Shown here piece after piece: positions 37,261-47,674 of a DNA stretch of 64,000 bases. The number at the start of each line of letters is the position of its first letter. The first letter of the stretch is position 1. Source of the DNA: Candidatus Dadabacteria bacterium UBA1144 (GTDB lineage: Bacteria > Desulfobacterota_D > UBA1144); contig DCAB01000012.1 of the NCBI GenBank assembly GCA_002311855.1, positions 116,865 through 180,864 on the forward strand, read 5' to 3'. Position numbers and translations under genes: made by a program. The notes under the pieces are model-generated. The model ran no database searches, was not told the DNA's origin, and was given only the letters and a program-made list of their open reading frames with translations.

Positions 37261-38101
37261 TTCTCAATTCCTTTTTCATTATCTCATACGGTGGTGGAAC
37301 ATTCTCCCAAATTGAAAAACTTTCTGCTCCTTGATACGCTAGCATGTCCATTCCGTTCATTATTTTGGCTCCTTTAAGCTTTGCGAAGTTGAGTAACTTT
37401 GTTTCCAGAGGTGCGTAGATTAGATCGTAGACATAATGTTGCTTTGAAAATACTTCCTTCGCAATTAAAAGGGGGTCATCATCTTTCATTCCAATTGGTG
37501 TACAATTCACTATTAAATCACTATCAAAAGAAAATTCATTAATTTGATTTGAGGAAATTAAATCTATTGTAGATTTATAATTGAATTTTTGTAGGTGATT
37601 GATTAATTCCTCAGCTTTTTTTTTATCAATATCAAAAATCACCAGAGATTCAATCTCACCTTGGCAAAGTTTAGTTGTCACAGCTTTGGAAGCACCTCCT
37701 GCGCCTAGCACAATACCACTTTTATTCTCAGCATTAAATTCTAAATCCGAGAATAGAGACTTCTCAAATCCTAATCCGTCCGTATTATCTCCAACCAATT
37801 TCCCTTGTTTTGAGTATAGTGTGTTAACCGAGCCAATTCTTGATGCTTCTTCTGTAAGGACATCAACGTATTTTACAACTTCTTCTTTGTAAGGAATTGT
37901 TACATTAGAACCTGCAATGGTATCAGATCTAATCATTTCGCATACAGATTCAATTTCATTTATTTTTACCTCAAGAGGTACATAACAAGCATTGATTTGA
38001 AGTTCTAAAAAAGCAGCATTATGCATATCTGGAGATCTACTATGTTTAACAGGACTTCCTAAAATTGCATAAACCTTTGTATCGCCTTTAATTGTTTTCA
38101 T
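37253..38101 (-). CDS. aroE: shikimate dehydrogenase
   Basis: HSRSP, NVTIPYK, NTD, GAGGAS, DLIY. Confidence 0.96.
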   Translation of the reverse strand: MKTIKGDTKVYAILGSPVKHSRSPDMHNAAFLELQINACYVPLEVKINEIESVCEMIRSDTIAGSNVTIPYKEEVVKYVDVLTEEASRIGSVNTLYSKQGKLVGDNTDGLGFEKSLFSDLEFNAENKSGIVLGAGGASKAVTTKLCQGEIESLVIFDIDKKKAEELINHLQKFNYKSTIDLISSNQINEFSFDSDLIVNCTPIGMKDDDPLLIAKEVFSKQHYVYDLIYAPLETKLLNFAKLKGAKIMNGMDMLAYQGAESFSIWENVPPPYEIMKKELRNA

Positions 38102-38990
38102 TGTCTTTTAAAAATGTCCTCTTTGCATATTTTACATCCTTTTTAATATTCTCTATAAGTTCATTGACAGTATCAAACTTTTTTTCACTTCTGATTCGTT
38201 TTACAAATTCTAATTTAATTTCATCTCCATAAATGGAGTCGTTAAAATCAAATATGTGGGACTCAATCATCAAATCTTTTTTTCCAAAAGTTGGTCTAAT
38301 CCCCATATTCGTAATTCCCTGAAATTTTTTTCTTTTATGATTTATATATGTTACATAAACCCCGTTCTTAGGTATAAAATTCCAATCAGTCTGTAAATTT
38401 GCTGTGGGAAAACCAATTTCTCTTCCTCTTTGTTCGCCTTTCACGACTTTACCTGACATGAAATAATATCTACCCAAACATTTTCTTGCTTCTTCCACAT
38501 TCCCGGATGATAACAAGCTTTTAATAGAAGTCGAACTTATTCTTTGATTCGCTATCTGTACCATGTCGACTGGGTAAACTTTATATTTAGATGAGCCAAA
38601 GTTTGTTAACATCTTAACATCACCTGAGGCTTTGAATCCAAATTTAAAATTTTTTCCAACAATTATATTTTGAGGTTTGTGTCTTTTTATCAAGAATTCG
38701 TCAATGAAAGCTTTAGGATCTAATTTGGAAATCTGTAAATTAAATTCAATTTCGTCAATCTCATTTACACCAATTTTTTTCAAAAGTTTAATCTTTTCCG
38801 AGTATGGTAATAATAAATCAATTTTTTTATTTAAAATTATTTCTCTAGGATGAGGTCTGAAAGTTATAAGTATTAATTGTGTTTTTGAATCTCTAGAAAT
38901 TTGCTTCGCAAGACGAATAAGTTTCTGATGTCCTAAATGAACACCATCGAAATTTCCAATTATTATTGTCTTAGATTTGGCATCAGACAT
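38088..38990 (-). CDS. ribF: riboflavin kinase / FAD synthetase
   Basis: GNFDGVHLGH, ISSTSI, GFPTAN, IESH; start moved to ATG 38990. Confidence 0.96.
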   Translation of the reverse strand: MSDAKSKTIIIGNFDGVHLGHQKLIRLAKQISRDSKTQLILITFRPHPREIILNKKIDLLLPYSEKIKLLKKIGVNEIDEIEFNLQISKLDPKAFIDEFLIKRHKPQNIIVGKNFKFGFKASGDVKMLTNFGSSKYKVYPVDMVQIANQRISSTSIKSLLSSGNVEEARKCLGRYYFMSGKVVKGEQRGREIGFPTANLQTDWNFIPKNGVYVTYINHKRKKFQGITNMGIRPTFGKKDLMIESHIFDFNDSIYGDEIKLEFVKRIRSEKKFDTVNELIENIKKDVKYAKRTFLKDNENN

Positions 38991-39016
38991 GTACAGCAAA
39001 ATATTAACATAACAAA

Positions 39017-40570
39017 TTAGTATTTTTTCCAGAAAGATGGGAGCAAAAGAGCAATCATCGTAAAAAGTTCGAGTCTTCCAAAAAGCATCAATAAACATAG
39101 TAGGATTTTTGATTGATCGGAGAAGAATGAATAATTCGAGTGAGGATTGATTTGCTCAAATCCAGGACCAACATTTGCAATAGAGGAAATAACCGCCGAA
39201 AGAGCACTAAGAGATGTCACATTATTTTCAAGAATTAGGAGTAACACGGCCGACACCACACATATTAGTAAATACAAAAATAGGAAACTAAATTCACCCC
39301 TTACAACATCTTCATCAACAGCTTTTCCATTAATTTTAACTGTCAATATCACATTTGGACTTATTCTTCTTTTTATTTCGTTAAAAATGCTTTTGAAAAC
39401 AATTAGTACTCTTATTATTTTAATCCCACCGGTAGTGGAACCAGAACAACCGCCCAGAATCATGAAAGCTAAAAGAACTATTTTTGCATGATGTGACCAT
39501 TCATTAAAGTTGAACGAAGTAAATCCCGTCCCCGTAGAAAGAGACAGTGCTTGAAAACTCCCAAATCTAAAACTATCACTAAGAGTCAGGTTATCAAATT
39601 TGCATAAAAGAAAAATTAGAAAAATTATTAGAAACAAATTTAAAAAAATATAAGTTTTAAATTCAGAATTTTCTAAGATTTTTTTGTAGTTTCCGGTAAT
39701 AATAAAATAATAAACAGCGAAACTTATCCCTCCCAAGAACATAAAGAAAGTGATGATAAATTCAACCGTTAGATTATTTAACGATTCAATATTGAGAGGG
39801 TAGCTGGAAAATCCTCCCGTTGAAACGGTACTAAAAGTGTGAATGATTGAGTCATAAAGATTCATGTCACCCAGAAAAAACAAAAGGCAAGGAAGCAGCA
39901 ATGTTAATCCAGCATAAATATAAAATAGAGTCAGTCCCGTTTGATAAATTCTCGGGGTTATTCTTTCTTTTTGAGGACCAGTTCCTTCCTGATCACTAGC
40001 AATTTGCATAATACCAACGGAAATTCTTGGAAGAATTATTAGAACTAAAAGAACAATACCAATTCCACCAAGCCACTGAGTTAGTGATCTCCAGAAAATA
40101 AGCAATTTATGTTGTGCTACATCAGGAAATGGGCTAAGAACCGAAGCTCCAGTTGTTGTAATACCCGAAACAGCTTCAAAAAAAGAATTAACAATAATAT
40201 TTTCGGTGAATATCGGCTCGAAAGAAATTTGGGTAATTCCATATATATTTATTGACGAAAAAATGTACGGTAGTGATCCAAACAATCCTGCAAAAATCCA
40301 TACCAAAGAAGCCAGAAGAAAACCATCTTTTCTTGTTAAATCCTTTTCCATAGATTCCGAATTATAAGAAAGAGTTCTGAGGCCATATCCACATATCAAA
40401 GTCACAAATGAGGAAAGCAAAAAAGGAACGAGTTGCAATAAGTTCTTATTTTTATAAATGGTTTCATTATCGGAACTTACAAGGAAATATGACAATAGTG
40501 GTAATAGAATAAAAAAACCAAAATATATTATAAAATTGCCCGTAAAATAAAAGGATTTTCTTAGATTCAT
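39017..40570 (-). CDS. trkH: Trk K+ uptake membrane protein
   Basis: FFEAVSGITTTGA, STGGFS, GTGF, GSTTGGIK, NVGPG, GRLE. Confidence 0.95.
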   Translation of the reverse strand: MNLRKSFYFTGNFIIYFGFFILLPLLSYFLVSSDNETIYKNKNLLQLVPFLLSSFVTLICGYGLRTLSYNSESMEKDLTRKDGFLLASLVWIFAGLFGSLPYIFSSINIYGITQISFEPIFTENIIVNSFFEAVSGITTTGASVLSPFPDVAQHKLLIFWRSLTQWLGGIGIVLLVLIILPRISVGIMQIASDQEGTGPQKERITPRIYQTGLTLFYIYAGLTLLLPCLLFFLGDMNLYDSIIHTFSTVSTGGFSSYPLNIESLNNLTVEFIITFFMFLGGISFAVYYFIITGNYKKILENSEFKTYIFLNLFLIIFLIFLLCKFDNLTLSDSFRFGSFQALSLSTGTGFTSFNFNEWSHHAKIVLLAFMILGGCSGSTTGGIKIIRVLIVFKSIFNEIKRRISPNVILTVKINGKAVDEDVVRGEFSFLFLYLLICVVSAVLLLILENNVTSLSALSAVISSIANVGPGFEQINPHSNYSFFSDQSKILLCLLMLFGRLELFTMIALLLPSFWKKY

Positions 40571-41934
40571 TTTAATATTTTTGATTCCAGATTTCTTTCA
40601 GCATCAGCATCAAGTGTCACGACAACGACATAATCACCCTTTTTCGCGATTCCCTTTTCCGGATTAGAAATATATTGTGGTGGATTATCTTTTCTTATTA
40701 TAAAAGCTAAAGAAATATTCTCAGAAATAGCTTCGATATTGATATCCTCATGACACTCAAATTCAAATATTTTGGTATTCTCATCAATAATGGTTTCGTG
40801 AGAGAAGCTTTTTCTCATAATATAAGAATTAATTTCACCTGATACAGAATATTTCGTATTAATTTCCCTTTCGGCACCAATACTATTAATTACATCCTGA
40901 TATTCAGATTTTGAATATACTACAAGTGAATTCTTTGCCTTTAATTTGTTAGATAATAGTGCGCTTAATACATTTATTTCATCATCATCTGTGAGAGCTA
41001 GGAAATAATCACAATCAGTACCAACACCCTGTTCTTTCAAAAGATTTTCATTTGTTGGCTCACCTAAAATGATTTGAACACCACTAAGCTCTTCGGAAAG
41101 TTCCCTGCCTCTAGATTTTTCTGAAACCAACAACTTAACGTCACACTTTTTCTTCACCAATTTTTTTGCAACATTAGAAGCTATATAGCTTCCACCCACT
41201 ATAAAGATATTTTTAAGTTCCGTATCGTTCTTGGCAAAAAAACTTTCTTCAAATTGTTCTTCAAATTCAGAAGCAATAACAACCAAAACTATGTCATCTT
41301 TTTTTAGTCGAGTAGCTGGACCTTTAGCTCTAATAAAGTTTAATTTTTTTAATGATGGGTCTTCTGTTGAAGCTAAGAACTTCCACTTGTTTACTCCATC
41401 CTTATTTAAAGAATAAATAGATTTCCCTATCAGGGGGTTTGATTCATCAATTTTAATTTTTAAAAAAAGAATCCTCGAATCAGCAATTTTATCTGTTTCC
41501 CAAGAATATGGGGTTTCGAAGAGGTTCATAATTTTTTCCGAGACAATATCTCCTGAATAAAAAGTTTTTATTTCTGGAAATCCTAGCTTGCCTGGATGAT
41601 CTTTGTACTTATAGTCTTTCAATACTATCAAAGTTTGTACACCCGGAATTTTTTCAAAAAACATTGCTGTTAAGATATTTAATTTGTCGTCATTTGTGCA
41701 CGCTATAAAGAAATTAATTGATTTAAGATTTGTGTCATTGAAGATACTCAAATCTGCGGCATCTCCGCTAATAGCCATTATATCTAGTTTGCTGTTGCTT
41801 TTTATTTGATTAATCTTATTAATATCTTTATCAACAAGAATTACGTTGTTTTCCACAGAGAGATCCTCCGCAAGGTATCTACCCGTTGAGCCCGCTCCTA
41901 AAATAATTATATTGTTGGGGTTTGTAGTAACCAT
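40567..41934 (-). CDS. trkA: Trk K+ uptake NAD-binding component
   Basis: Two RCK-N domains (GAGSTG; GGSYIA), TDDDEIN; overlaps trkH. Confidence 0.88.
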   Translation of the reverse strand: MVTTNPNNIIILGAGSTGRYLAEDLSVENNVILVDKDINKINQIKSNSKLDIMAISGDAADLSIFNDTNLKSINFFIACTNDDKLNILTAMFFEKIPGVQTLIVLKDYKYKDHPGKLGFPEIKTFYSGDIVSEKIMNLFETPYSWETDKIADSRILFLKIKIDESNPLIGKSIYSLNKDGVNKWKFLASTEDPSLKKLNFIRAKGPATRLKKDDIVLVVIASEFEEQFEESFFAKNDTELKNIFIVGGSYIASNVAKKLVKKKCDVKLLVSEKSRGRELSEELSGVQIILGEPTNENLLKEQGVGTDCDYFLALTDDDEINVLSALLSNKLKAKNSLVVYSKSEYQDVINSIGAEREINTKYSVSGEINSYIMRKSFSHETIIDENTKIFEFECHEDINIEAISENISLAFIIRKDNPPQYISNPEKGIAKKGDYVVVVTLDADAERNLESKILK

Positions 41935-41957
41935 TTTACTAGCCTAAAGGCTATTAA

Positions 41958-42557
41958 TTAATATAGACGAATATTGAGTCCCACAAGAGCAGTAAAAAAA
42001 AATTCTTTGTGATCCATGTCGAAACTGTTGTTTATATAAGTATGTGCTCCCAAACTAACATTCTCAGATATAACATAATCTACCCCACCGCCTACAACAG
42101 TTAAAAATGAGGAGCTATTATCATCGTTATCATTTTTTCGATCATCGATTAGTACTCCCAATCCACCCTCAACCGAGGGAAAAAGCTTAGGATCCGTACT
42201 TGGAAGAAGTTTTTTGATATTTCCTGTTATCCCCACTAGCGTTTGGTTATTTCCTTTTACAAACTGTCCAACCGGCCCTATGTATAAATCATCTTTGTAA
42301 GGCATATCGATGCGAGTTGTCAGTGCCCATCCTCCAGGACTTCCAGAGAACCCGCCCCCGATTGTAAATATGGGTGAAGGACCGTATGTTTTATTGTATT
42401 CAAATTTCGGTTTGTCCTCAGAAGCAGACTCGCTCTGCTTAGAAATTTCATTTTCGGAGGAGTAGTCGGTCTCTTCCGTCTCTTTTGCAGTGGAAACAAT
42501 AGAAAAAGTTAAAAAAAAGACTACGATAAAAATAGATATTGTTTTAAATATATTCAT
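41958..42557 (-). CDS. small outer-membrane beta-barrel protein
   Basis: Signal peptide, acidic linker, amphipathic strands (VGGGVDY; FTALVGLNIRLY); TTGACA-N17-CATAAT promoter overlapping the recJ stop. Confidence 0.7.
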   Translation of the reverse strand: MNIFKTISIFIVVFFLTFSIVSTAKETEETDYSSENEISKQSESASEDKPKFEYNKTYGPSPIFTIGGGFSGSPGGWALTTRIDMPYKDDLYIGPVGQFVKGNNQTLVGITGNIKKLLPSTDPKLFPSVEGGLGVLIDDRKNDNDDNSSSFLTVVGGGVDYVISENVSLGAHTYINNSFDMDHKEFFFTALVGLNIRLY

Positions 42558-42602
42558 ATAAATCTTGTTTTTCTGAGATTATGTAACTTAAAGTCTTTAA
42601 TG

Positions 42603-44387
42603 TCAAGTAGGCCTTAAGTCGTCTATAAGCAAAACTATTTTATATTTATTGTTGTATGTATCCTTTTGAATTTTATAAATAATATCTACTGTATCCCCAA
42701 TTTGTATATCGCTTGCAAAGTTAAACCAAACCCCCCTTTGTTCAGTACCTTTTTTTTCCATAATAATCTCCAAATGTTTCCCTCCTTTTTTCCCTTGGAA
42801 CTCTGTTTTGTCTTTTACATTAATCCGACGTGTTAAAAATACTGGATTTGGATTTTCTCTTCCGAAAGGTTCCATTTTGTTTAAATCATCAATTGAGCTT
42901 AATTGAATTTCATCTAACTCAATCTCCATATCGGCATCTATGGTTTTGTTTGATTCATAGTTGTAATTTTTGATTGAATCTTCAAATTGATTATCGAAAT
43001 TCCCAATCTCATTAGAATTAATCGTTATTCCCGCAGCAGCTTCATGTCCACCATATTGAATTAGGTATGGTTCGCATTCTTTGAGAATCTTGTAAAGATT
43101 TATACTATTTTTTGTTCTAAGACTTCCCTTGCCCAATCCATCTTTGTCAATTGAGATTATCGCACAAGGCCTGTTGAATTCTTCAGATATTCTAGAAGCC
43201 ACAATTCCTATAACTCCTGAGTGCCATTTTGGCGAATAAAGGACCAAAGAACGTTTGTCCTGATTATCCTTTATAACTTCTTGGCCCATCGTTATTGCTT
43301 CTTTCAGGACTTGTCCTTGTTTCTTTTGCCTATCGATATTGTTTCTTTCGAGAGTTGCGGCTAGTAAATCTATTTTATTTTGATCATTCTCTATTAGAAG
43401 CTGAACAGCATCCGACGCGCTACCCACTCTTCCAGCCGCATTGATTTTTGGTGCGAGTTGGAATGACACATCTCTTACAGAATATTTTTTTTTGCTTACT
43501 TCCTTTTTATTTTTTTTAAGAAGGGCCAATAGTCCCTTTTTTTGTGTATTTCTAATTTCTTTTAGACCATTATAAACAAAGATTCTATTCACGCCTGTTA
43601 ATGGCATACTGTCAGCGATGGTTCCTATGGCAACCAAATCTAAATCCCTTTTTAGATTAGGTTCATCAATTAATCCATTAAAATATTTTTTTTCTCTAAG
43701 TTTTTTTCTAATTCCCATCATCAAATTAAAAATAACTCCAGCCGCACACATTTCTTTAAATGGGTAGTGGCACTCTTGTTGTTTGGGATTAATAATTGAT
43801 ACAGCATCGGGAGTAATGTCTGGCACATTATGATGGTCAGTTATTACAAAATCAACATTAACAACTTCCACATTCCCTTCCCGCTTTAGTTCAATCTTCT
43901 TGCTTTTTCTTACTACTTCATTCTCAGAAATACCACAATCCGTAGAAACTATTAGTCTGACACCACCCGATGCAAGATTCTTTATAGAATCAAAATTGAT
44001 TCCATAGCCTTCTTTAATTCGATCCGGGTTATAAGAAACCACATTGGCGCCTATTTTGTTCAAAAAATTGTATAAGATTGCAGTTGAAGTAATGCCATCA
44101 CAATCGAAATCTCCATATACTGCTATTTTTTCTACTCTTTCAATTGCCTGAATAATCCTTTGAACACTTTCTTCCATACCTTTCAACAAAAAAGGATTTG
44201 GCAAGTTGAGGCTGCCATCGTTTTTTTTAAGGTAGGGGTTAAGAAATTCGTAGGCTTCTTCATGTGAGCTGATATCTCTGTTCACCAAGAGTTTGGAAAG
44301 AAAAGGTGAAATCTGCAACTCTGAAGATAGGGATTCAGCTTTCTTGATATCTGGATTTTTCGCATTCCAAGAATAATTCATTTTCAA
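42603..44387 (-). CDS. recJ: ssDNA exonuclease RecJ
   Basis: YGDFDCDG, TDCG, TDHH, GTIAD, PKINAAGR, GGHEAAAG. Confidence 0.96.
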   Translation of the reverse strand: MKMNYSWNAKNPDIKKAESLSSELQISPFLSKLLVNRDISSHEEAYEFLNPYLKKNDGSLNLPNPFLLKGMEESVQRIIQAIERVEKIAVYGDFDCDGITSTAILYNFLNKIGANVVSYNPDRIKEGYGINFDSIKNLASGGVRLIVSTDCGISENEVVRKSKKIELKREGNVEVVNVDFVITDHHNVPDITPDAVSIINPKQQECHYPFKEMCAAGVIFNLMMGIRKKLREKKYFNGLIDEPNLKRDLDLVAIGTIADSMPLTGVNRIFVYNGLKEIRNTQKKGLLALLKKNKKEVSKKKYSVRDVSFQLAPKINAAGRVGSASDAVQLLIENDQNKIDLLAATLERNNIDRQKKQGQVLKEAITMGQEVIKDNQDKRSLVLYSPKWHSGVIGIVASRISEEFNRPCAIISIDKDGLGKGSLRTKNSINLYKILKECEPYLIQYGGHEAAAGITINSNEIGNFDNQFEDSIKNYNYESNKTIDADMEIELDEIQLSSIDDLNKMEPFGRENPNPVFLTRRINVKDKTEFQGKKGGKHLEIIMEKKGTEQRGVWFNFASDIQIGDTVDIIYKIQKDTYNNKYKIVLLIDDLRPT

Positions 44388-44390
44388 ATC

Positions 44391-44822
44391 TTACTTTTGT
44401 ATATTATCTATGGCATCCAGTGCCATCAAATAACTTTGGTAGCCGAAGCCAGAAATAACTCCAAGGGCGATTGAGGAGACAAATGAGTGTTGTCTAAAAT
44501 CTTCTCTATTAAAGATATTTGACAAGTGAACTTCAACAAATTTGGCTTTTACTGATAACAGAGCATCTCTAATGGCGATACTTGTATGAGTAAACGCGGC
44601 GGGATTAATAATTATAAAATCATTTTCTCCTGAACACTCTTGAATTTTAGATACTATTTGTCCCTCTTCGTTTGACTGGAAAAAACCTATATCGATTTTC
44701 ATTTTTTTCGCTTTCTGTAGAATTAATTCGTTAATCTTATCCAGAGTTAATTCTCCGTAATGGTCCTTCTCTCTTTGGCCCAACATATTAAGATTCGGCC
44801 CATTGATTACTTGGACTTTCAT
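44391..44822 (-). CDS. aroQ: type II 3-dehydroquinate dehydratase
   Basis: NGPNLNMLG.RE..HYG, NPAAFTHTS, EVHLSN. Confidence 0.97.
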   Translation of the reverse strand: MKVQVINGPNLNMLGQREKDHYGELTLDKINELILQKAKKMKIDIGFFQSNEEGQIVSKIQECSGENDFIIINPAAFTHTSIAIRDALLSVKAKFVEVHLSNIFNREDFRQHSFVSSIALGVISGFGYQSYLMALDAIDNIQK

Positions 44823-44866
44823 TATTGTCTAAGACTAAAACAAAATTAAAAACATGTACAATAAAA

Positions 44867-46396
44867 TTATTTAAATATCATTCTTAACTCTTTTAGCCCA
44901 GCAATTTTTGCCAATGAGAGATAGGTGAGAATCGATAGAGAAACTATCAATATAAAACTTATGCTTGATCTAGAATCAAGGTAATCTTTCATAACAAAAT
45001 CGATAATCCACGAACTAAACATAATGGAAAATATTGAAACAACAAGAACTATGAATAGATATTTAGTAATATCTAAAAGATTTATCTCATTAAGATGTTC
45101 TTTCAATTTAATTATTAATAATAGAAATAAAATTATCGCTGATATTGAAGATGCTAGTGCTAGGCCAAAGAAGCCTAGATTTAAAAAAAAGCCCAAAAAA
45201 TAGCAAAGAAAACAGTTGATAAGTAAATTTATGCCGGCTAAGCGAACTGGAGTTTTTGTATCTTTCATTGCATAGAAAGCCACAGTTACAACTCGTATTC
45301 CTGCAACAAAAACCAAACCTATAGAGTAAGCGAATAGTGCTTTAGACGTCAAAATAGCATCTGAATTTGTAAACTCTCCTCTAGAATATAGAATAGAACA
45401 TATCGTCGTACCTAAAAAAATGAAAGCAACAGCACAAGGCATTGATAAAAATAATAAAAATTTAATTCTATTATTAATTAATTGACCAAATTCTTTCAAT
45501 TTGTTGCCAAGATGAAGGTTGGCAAAAACCGGCAAAGTTGTAGTAGCAATGGATACAGCAAAAATTCCAAGTGGAAATTCAAGCAATCTTTCAGCTAAAT
45601 ACAAATAGGTGACAGAGCCTTTTTCCATGAAAGAAGCAAATTGAGTATTTATTAAAATATTTAAGTTGTATATTGCCAATCCAAAAATTTGAGGAATTAG
45701 AACCACGATAATAGTGGTAGTCCTCTCGTTTATTACGTTCTTGTAATTAAAAAAGTAGCCAAGATTATTCTTCAAAACAAAAGGTAGTTGAAAAACATAT
45801 TGAAGCAACGCACCAAAAAGCACCGCGTATGATAAAAGAAAAATATCTATCGAGAAAAACACATAAGAGATAATTAAAGTGAGAATGATTCCTAAATTCA
45901 GCATTACAGGTGAAAATGCTGGGGCATTGAATTTCTTTATAGAATTCAAAAGTCCCATGTTAAGTGCAGAAAGTGAAATTAAAAATAAAAATGGTGACAT
46001 ATTTCTTAATAATTGAGAGGCAATTTCATTAGTTTGCTGGTCAAATCCAAAGGCAAAAAGAAAGACAATCTGTTTTGAAAAAAAATAAAAGATAAGAGTT
46101 GTAAAGAAAAGTATTACAAATATTATTGTAAATATATCGTTTCTTATTTTTTTAAAAAAATTATTATTATTTGATAGATGTAGTTCCGTAAAAAAAGGAA
46201 CTATCGTTGTGCTAAGAGTTCCTTCGGCAAGGAGCCTTCTGAAAAGATTCGGGATCCTAAATGCAACATAAAAGGCATCAGTTTCAAGATTAGCGCCAAA
46301 GAAAAACACTATTAATAAATCCCTAATATATCCAAATATTCTACTTATAAATGTCAGGAATCCGACTCTAATTGAAGAAGAAAAAAAATTTATTAT
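44867..46396 (-). CDS. murJ: lipid II flippase (start extended to a non-canonical ATA)
   Basis: AFRIPNLFRRLLAEG, ERLLEFPLG; conserved SRIFGYIRD segment lies upstream of the GTG used by the ORF track. Confidence 0.92.
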   Translation of the reverse strand: MINFFSSSIRVGFLTFISRIFGYIRDLLIVFFFGANLETDAFYVAFRIPNLFRRLLAEGTLSTTIVPFFTELHLSNNNNFFKKIRNDIFTIIFVILFFTTLIFYFFSKQIVFLFAFGFDQQTNEIASQLLRNMSPFLFLISLSALNMGLLNSIKKFNAPAFSPVMLNLGIILTLIISYVFFSIDIFLLSYAVLFGALLQYVFQLPFVLKNNLGYFFNYKNVINERTTTIIVVLIPQIFGLAIYNLNILINTQFASFMEKGSVTYLYLAERLLEFPLGIFAVSIATTTLPVFANLHLGNKLKEFGQLINNRIKFLLFLSMPCAVAFIFLGTTICSILYSRGEFTNSDAILTSKALFAYSIGLVFVAGIRVVTVAFYAMKDTKTPVRLAGINLLINCFLCYFLGFFLNLGFFGLALASSISAIILFLLLIIKLKEHLNEINLLDITKYLFIVLVVSIFSIMFSSWIIDFVMKDYLDSRSSISFILIVSLSILTYLSLAKIAGLKELRMIFK

Positions 46397-46466
46397 AATT
46401 TTACTCCCTTTACCTGCGGGTTAAAAGTATATAAAATACTATTCTAAAAAATTATAAAGTATTCTC

Positions 46467-47399
46467 ATGGAAAAAAATATAAAGCATCTCGATAAAATAA
46501 TTTGGCAACTTGATTTGAAGGTTAACAATGATAGGGAGTTTATAGCCCCTTATCTCATTAAAGCAAACGATGATTATATAATAGTTGATGTTGGTCCAAC
46601 CTGTGGGATTCCAGAATTAGAAAGACAATTAAAACTTCTCGATGTTAACGAAAACAATCTTAAGTATGTTTTTTTAACGCATATTCATTTGGACCATTCC
46701 GGAGGACTAGGAACACTATTGAAGAATTTTCCAAATACTCAAGTTCTTGTTCACCGAAGAGGCATTCCTCATCTTATTGATCCAGACAAAGTTCTTTGGC
46801 AATCTTCGGTTGACACTCTTGGCTGGGTTGCTAAGATGTACGAAAAGCCCGAGCCTGTTAAGGAAGAATGTCTGGTAGCTCTTAACGATAAAACTTTTGA
46901 AATAAAAGTAAATGACTTGGAGTTTAGCTGGATTGAAACTCCTGGCCACGCTAGCCATCACTTTAGCTTTATGTTAGAAAACAAAAAGGTAATGTTCTGT
47001 GGAGATGCGGTAGGAATGTTTATACCTGCATTAGATATCATGGTTCCTACAACGCCCCATCCGTACAGGATGGAGTCCGGCATAGAATCGATAAATCATA
47101 TGATCGAAAGAAATCCTGATAAATTGGCTTTCGCTCATCATGCTATAAGATCAAATGCAAATGAATTAATGCATCAACATATAAGTCAGCTGGAGTCTTG
47201 GAAAGATTGCGTAGCTAAATCTTTATCTAACAGCATAGAGGAAGAGGAAGCTATCTCTCTAGAGATTTCTAAAATTGACAAGGATTCGGAGAAACTTTTT
47301 ATACAAAAGGACGATTTTGGAGGACTTAGAAGAGCTTTAGTAAGTAGCATAACCGGGTTTAAATTTATCGTTCTAAAAGACAATGACCCCAAATCTTGA
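46467..47399 (+). CDS. MBL-fold metallo-hydrolase
   Basis: THIHLDHSGG, TPGHASHH, CGD. Confidence 0.9.
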   Translation: MEKNIKHLDKIIWQLDLKVNNDREFIAPYLIKANDDYIIVDVGPTCGIPELERQLKLLDVNENNLKYVFLTHIHLDHSGGLGTLLKNFPNTQVLVHRRGIPHLIDPDKVLWQSSVDTLGWVAKMYEKPEPVKEECLVALNDKTFEIKVNDLEFSWIETPGHASHHFSFMLENKKVMFCGDAVGMFIPALDIMVPTTPHPYRMESGIESINHMIERNPDKLAFAHHAIRSNANELMHQHISQLESWKDCVAKSLSNSIEEEEAISLEISKIDKDSEKLFIQKDDFGGLRRALVSSITGFKFIVLKDNDPKS

Positions 47400-47438
47400 A
47401 AACAGTTAATCAATCTATATCTAGAACAAATGAAAGAA

Positions 47439-47651
47439 TTAATATTGGATTATTTTTAATTTAATATACTTGCTAATTACACCCAAAACTTCTTTATTCC
47501 GTTCCATAAGATCTTCTGTAGTGTATATAGTTATATCTTCGGGATTAAATCTATTTGATCTTGGCCATCCCAAGTGTTGATTTTGTGAATATAGGAACTG
47601 AAATAAAACGATATTTTTTTTATTATCCAATTTCAATTTAATTAAAGACAT
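47439..47651 (-). CDS. hypothetical 70-aa protein
   Basis: Fills the gap before mraZ; TAGAAT 7 nt before ATG. Confidence 0.5.
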   Translation of the reverse strand: MSLIKLKLDNKKNIVLFQFLYSQNQHLGWPRSNRFNPEDITIYTTEDLMERNKEVLGVISKYIKLKIIQY

Positions 47652-47674
47652 GAACTGGATTCTAACTTATCTTC

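Noticed and set aside
41940-41953. TAGCCT/AGGCTA inverted repeat before trkA as a regulatory RNA
   Set aside because: Only 6 bp and no room for an aptamer; it overlaps the candidate -10 box
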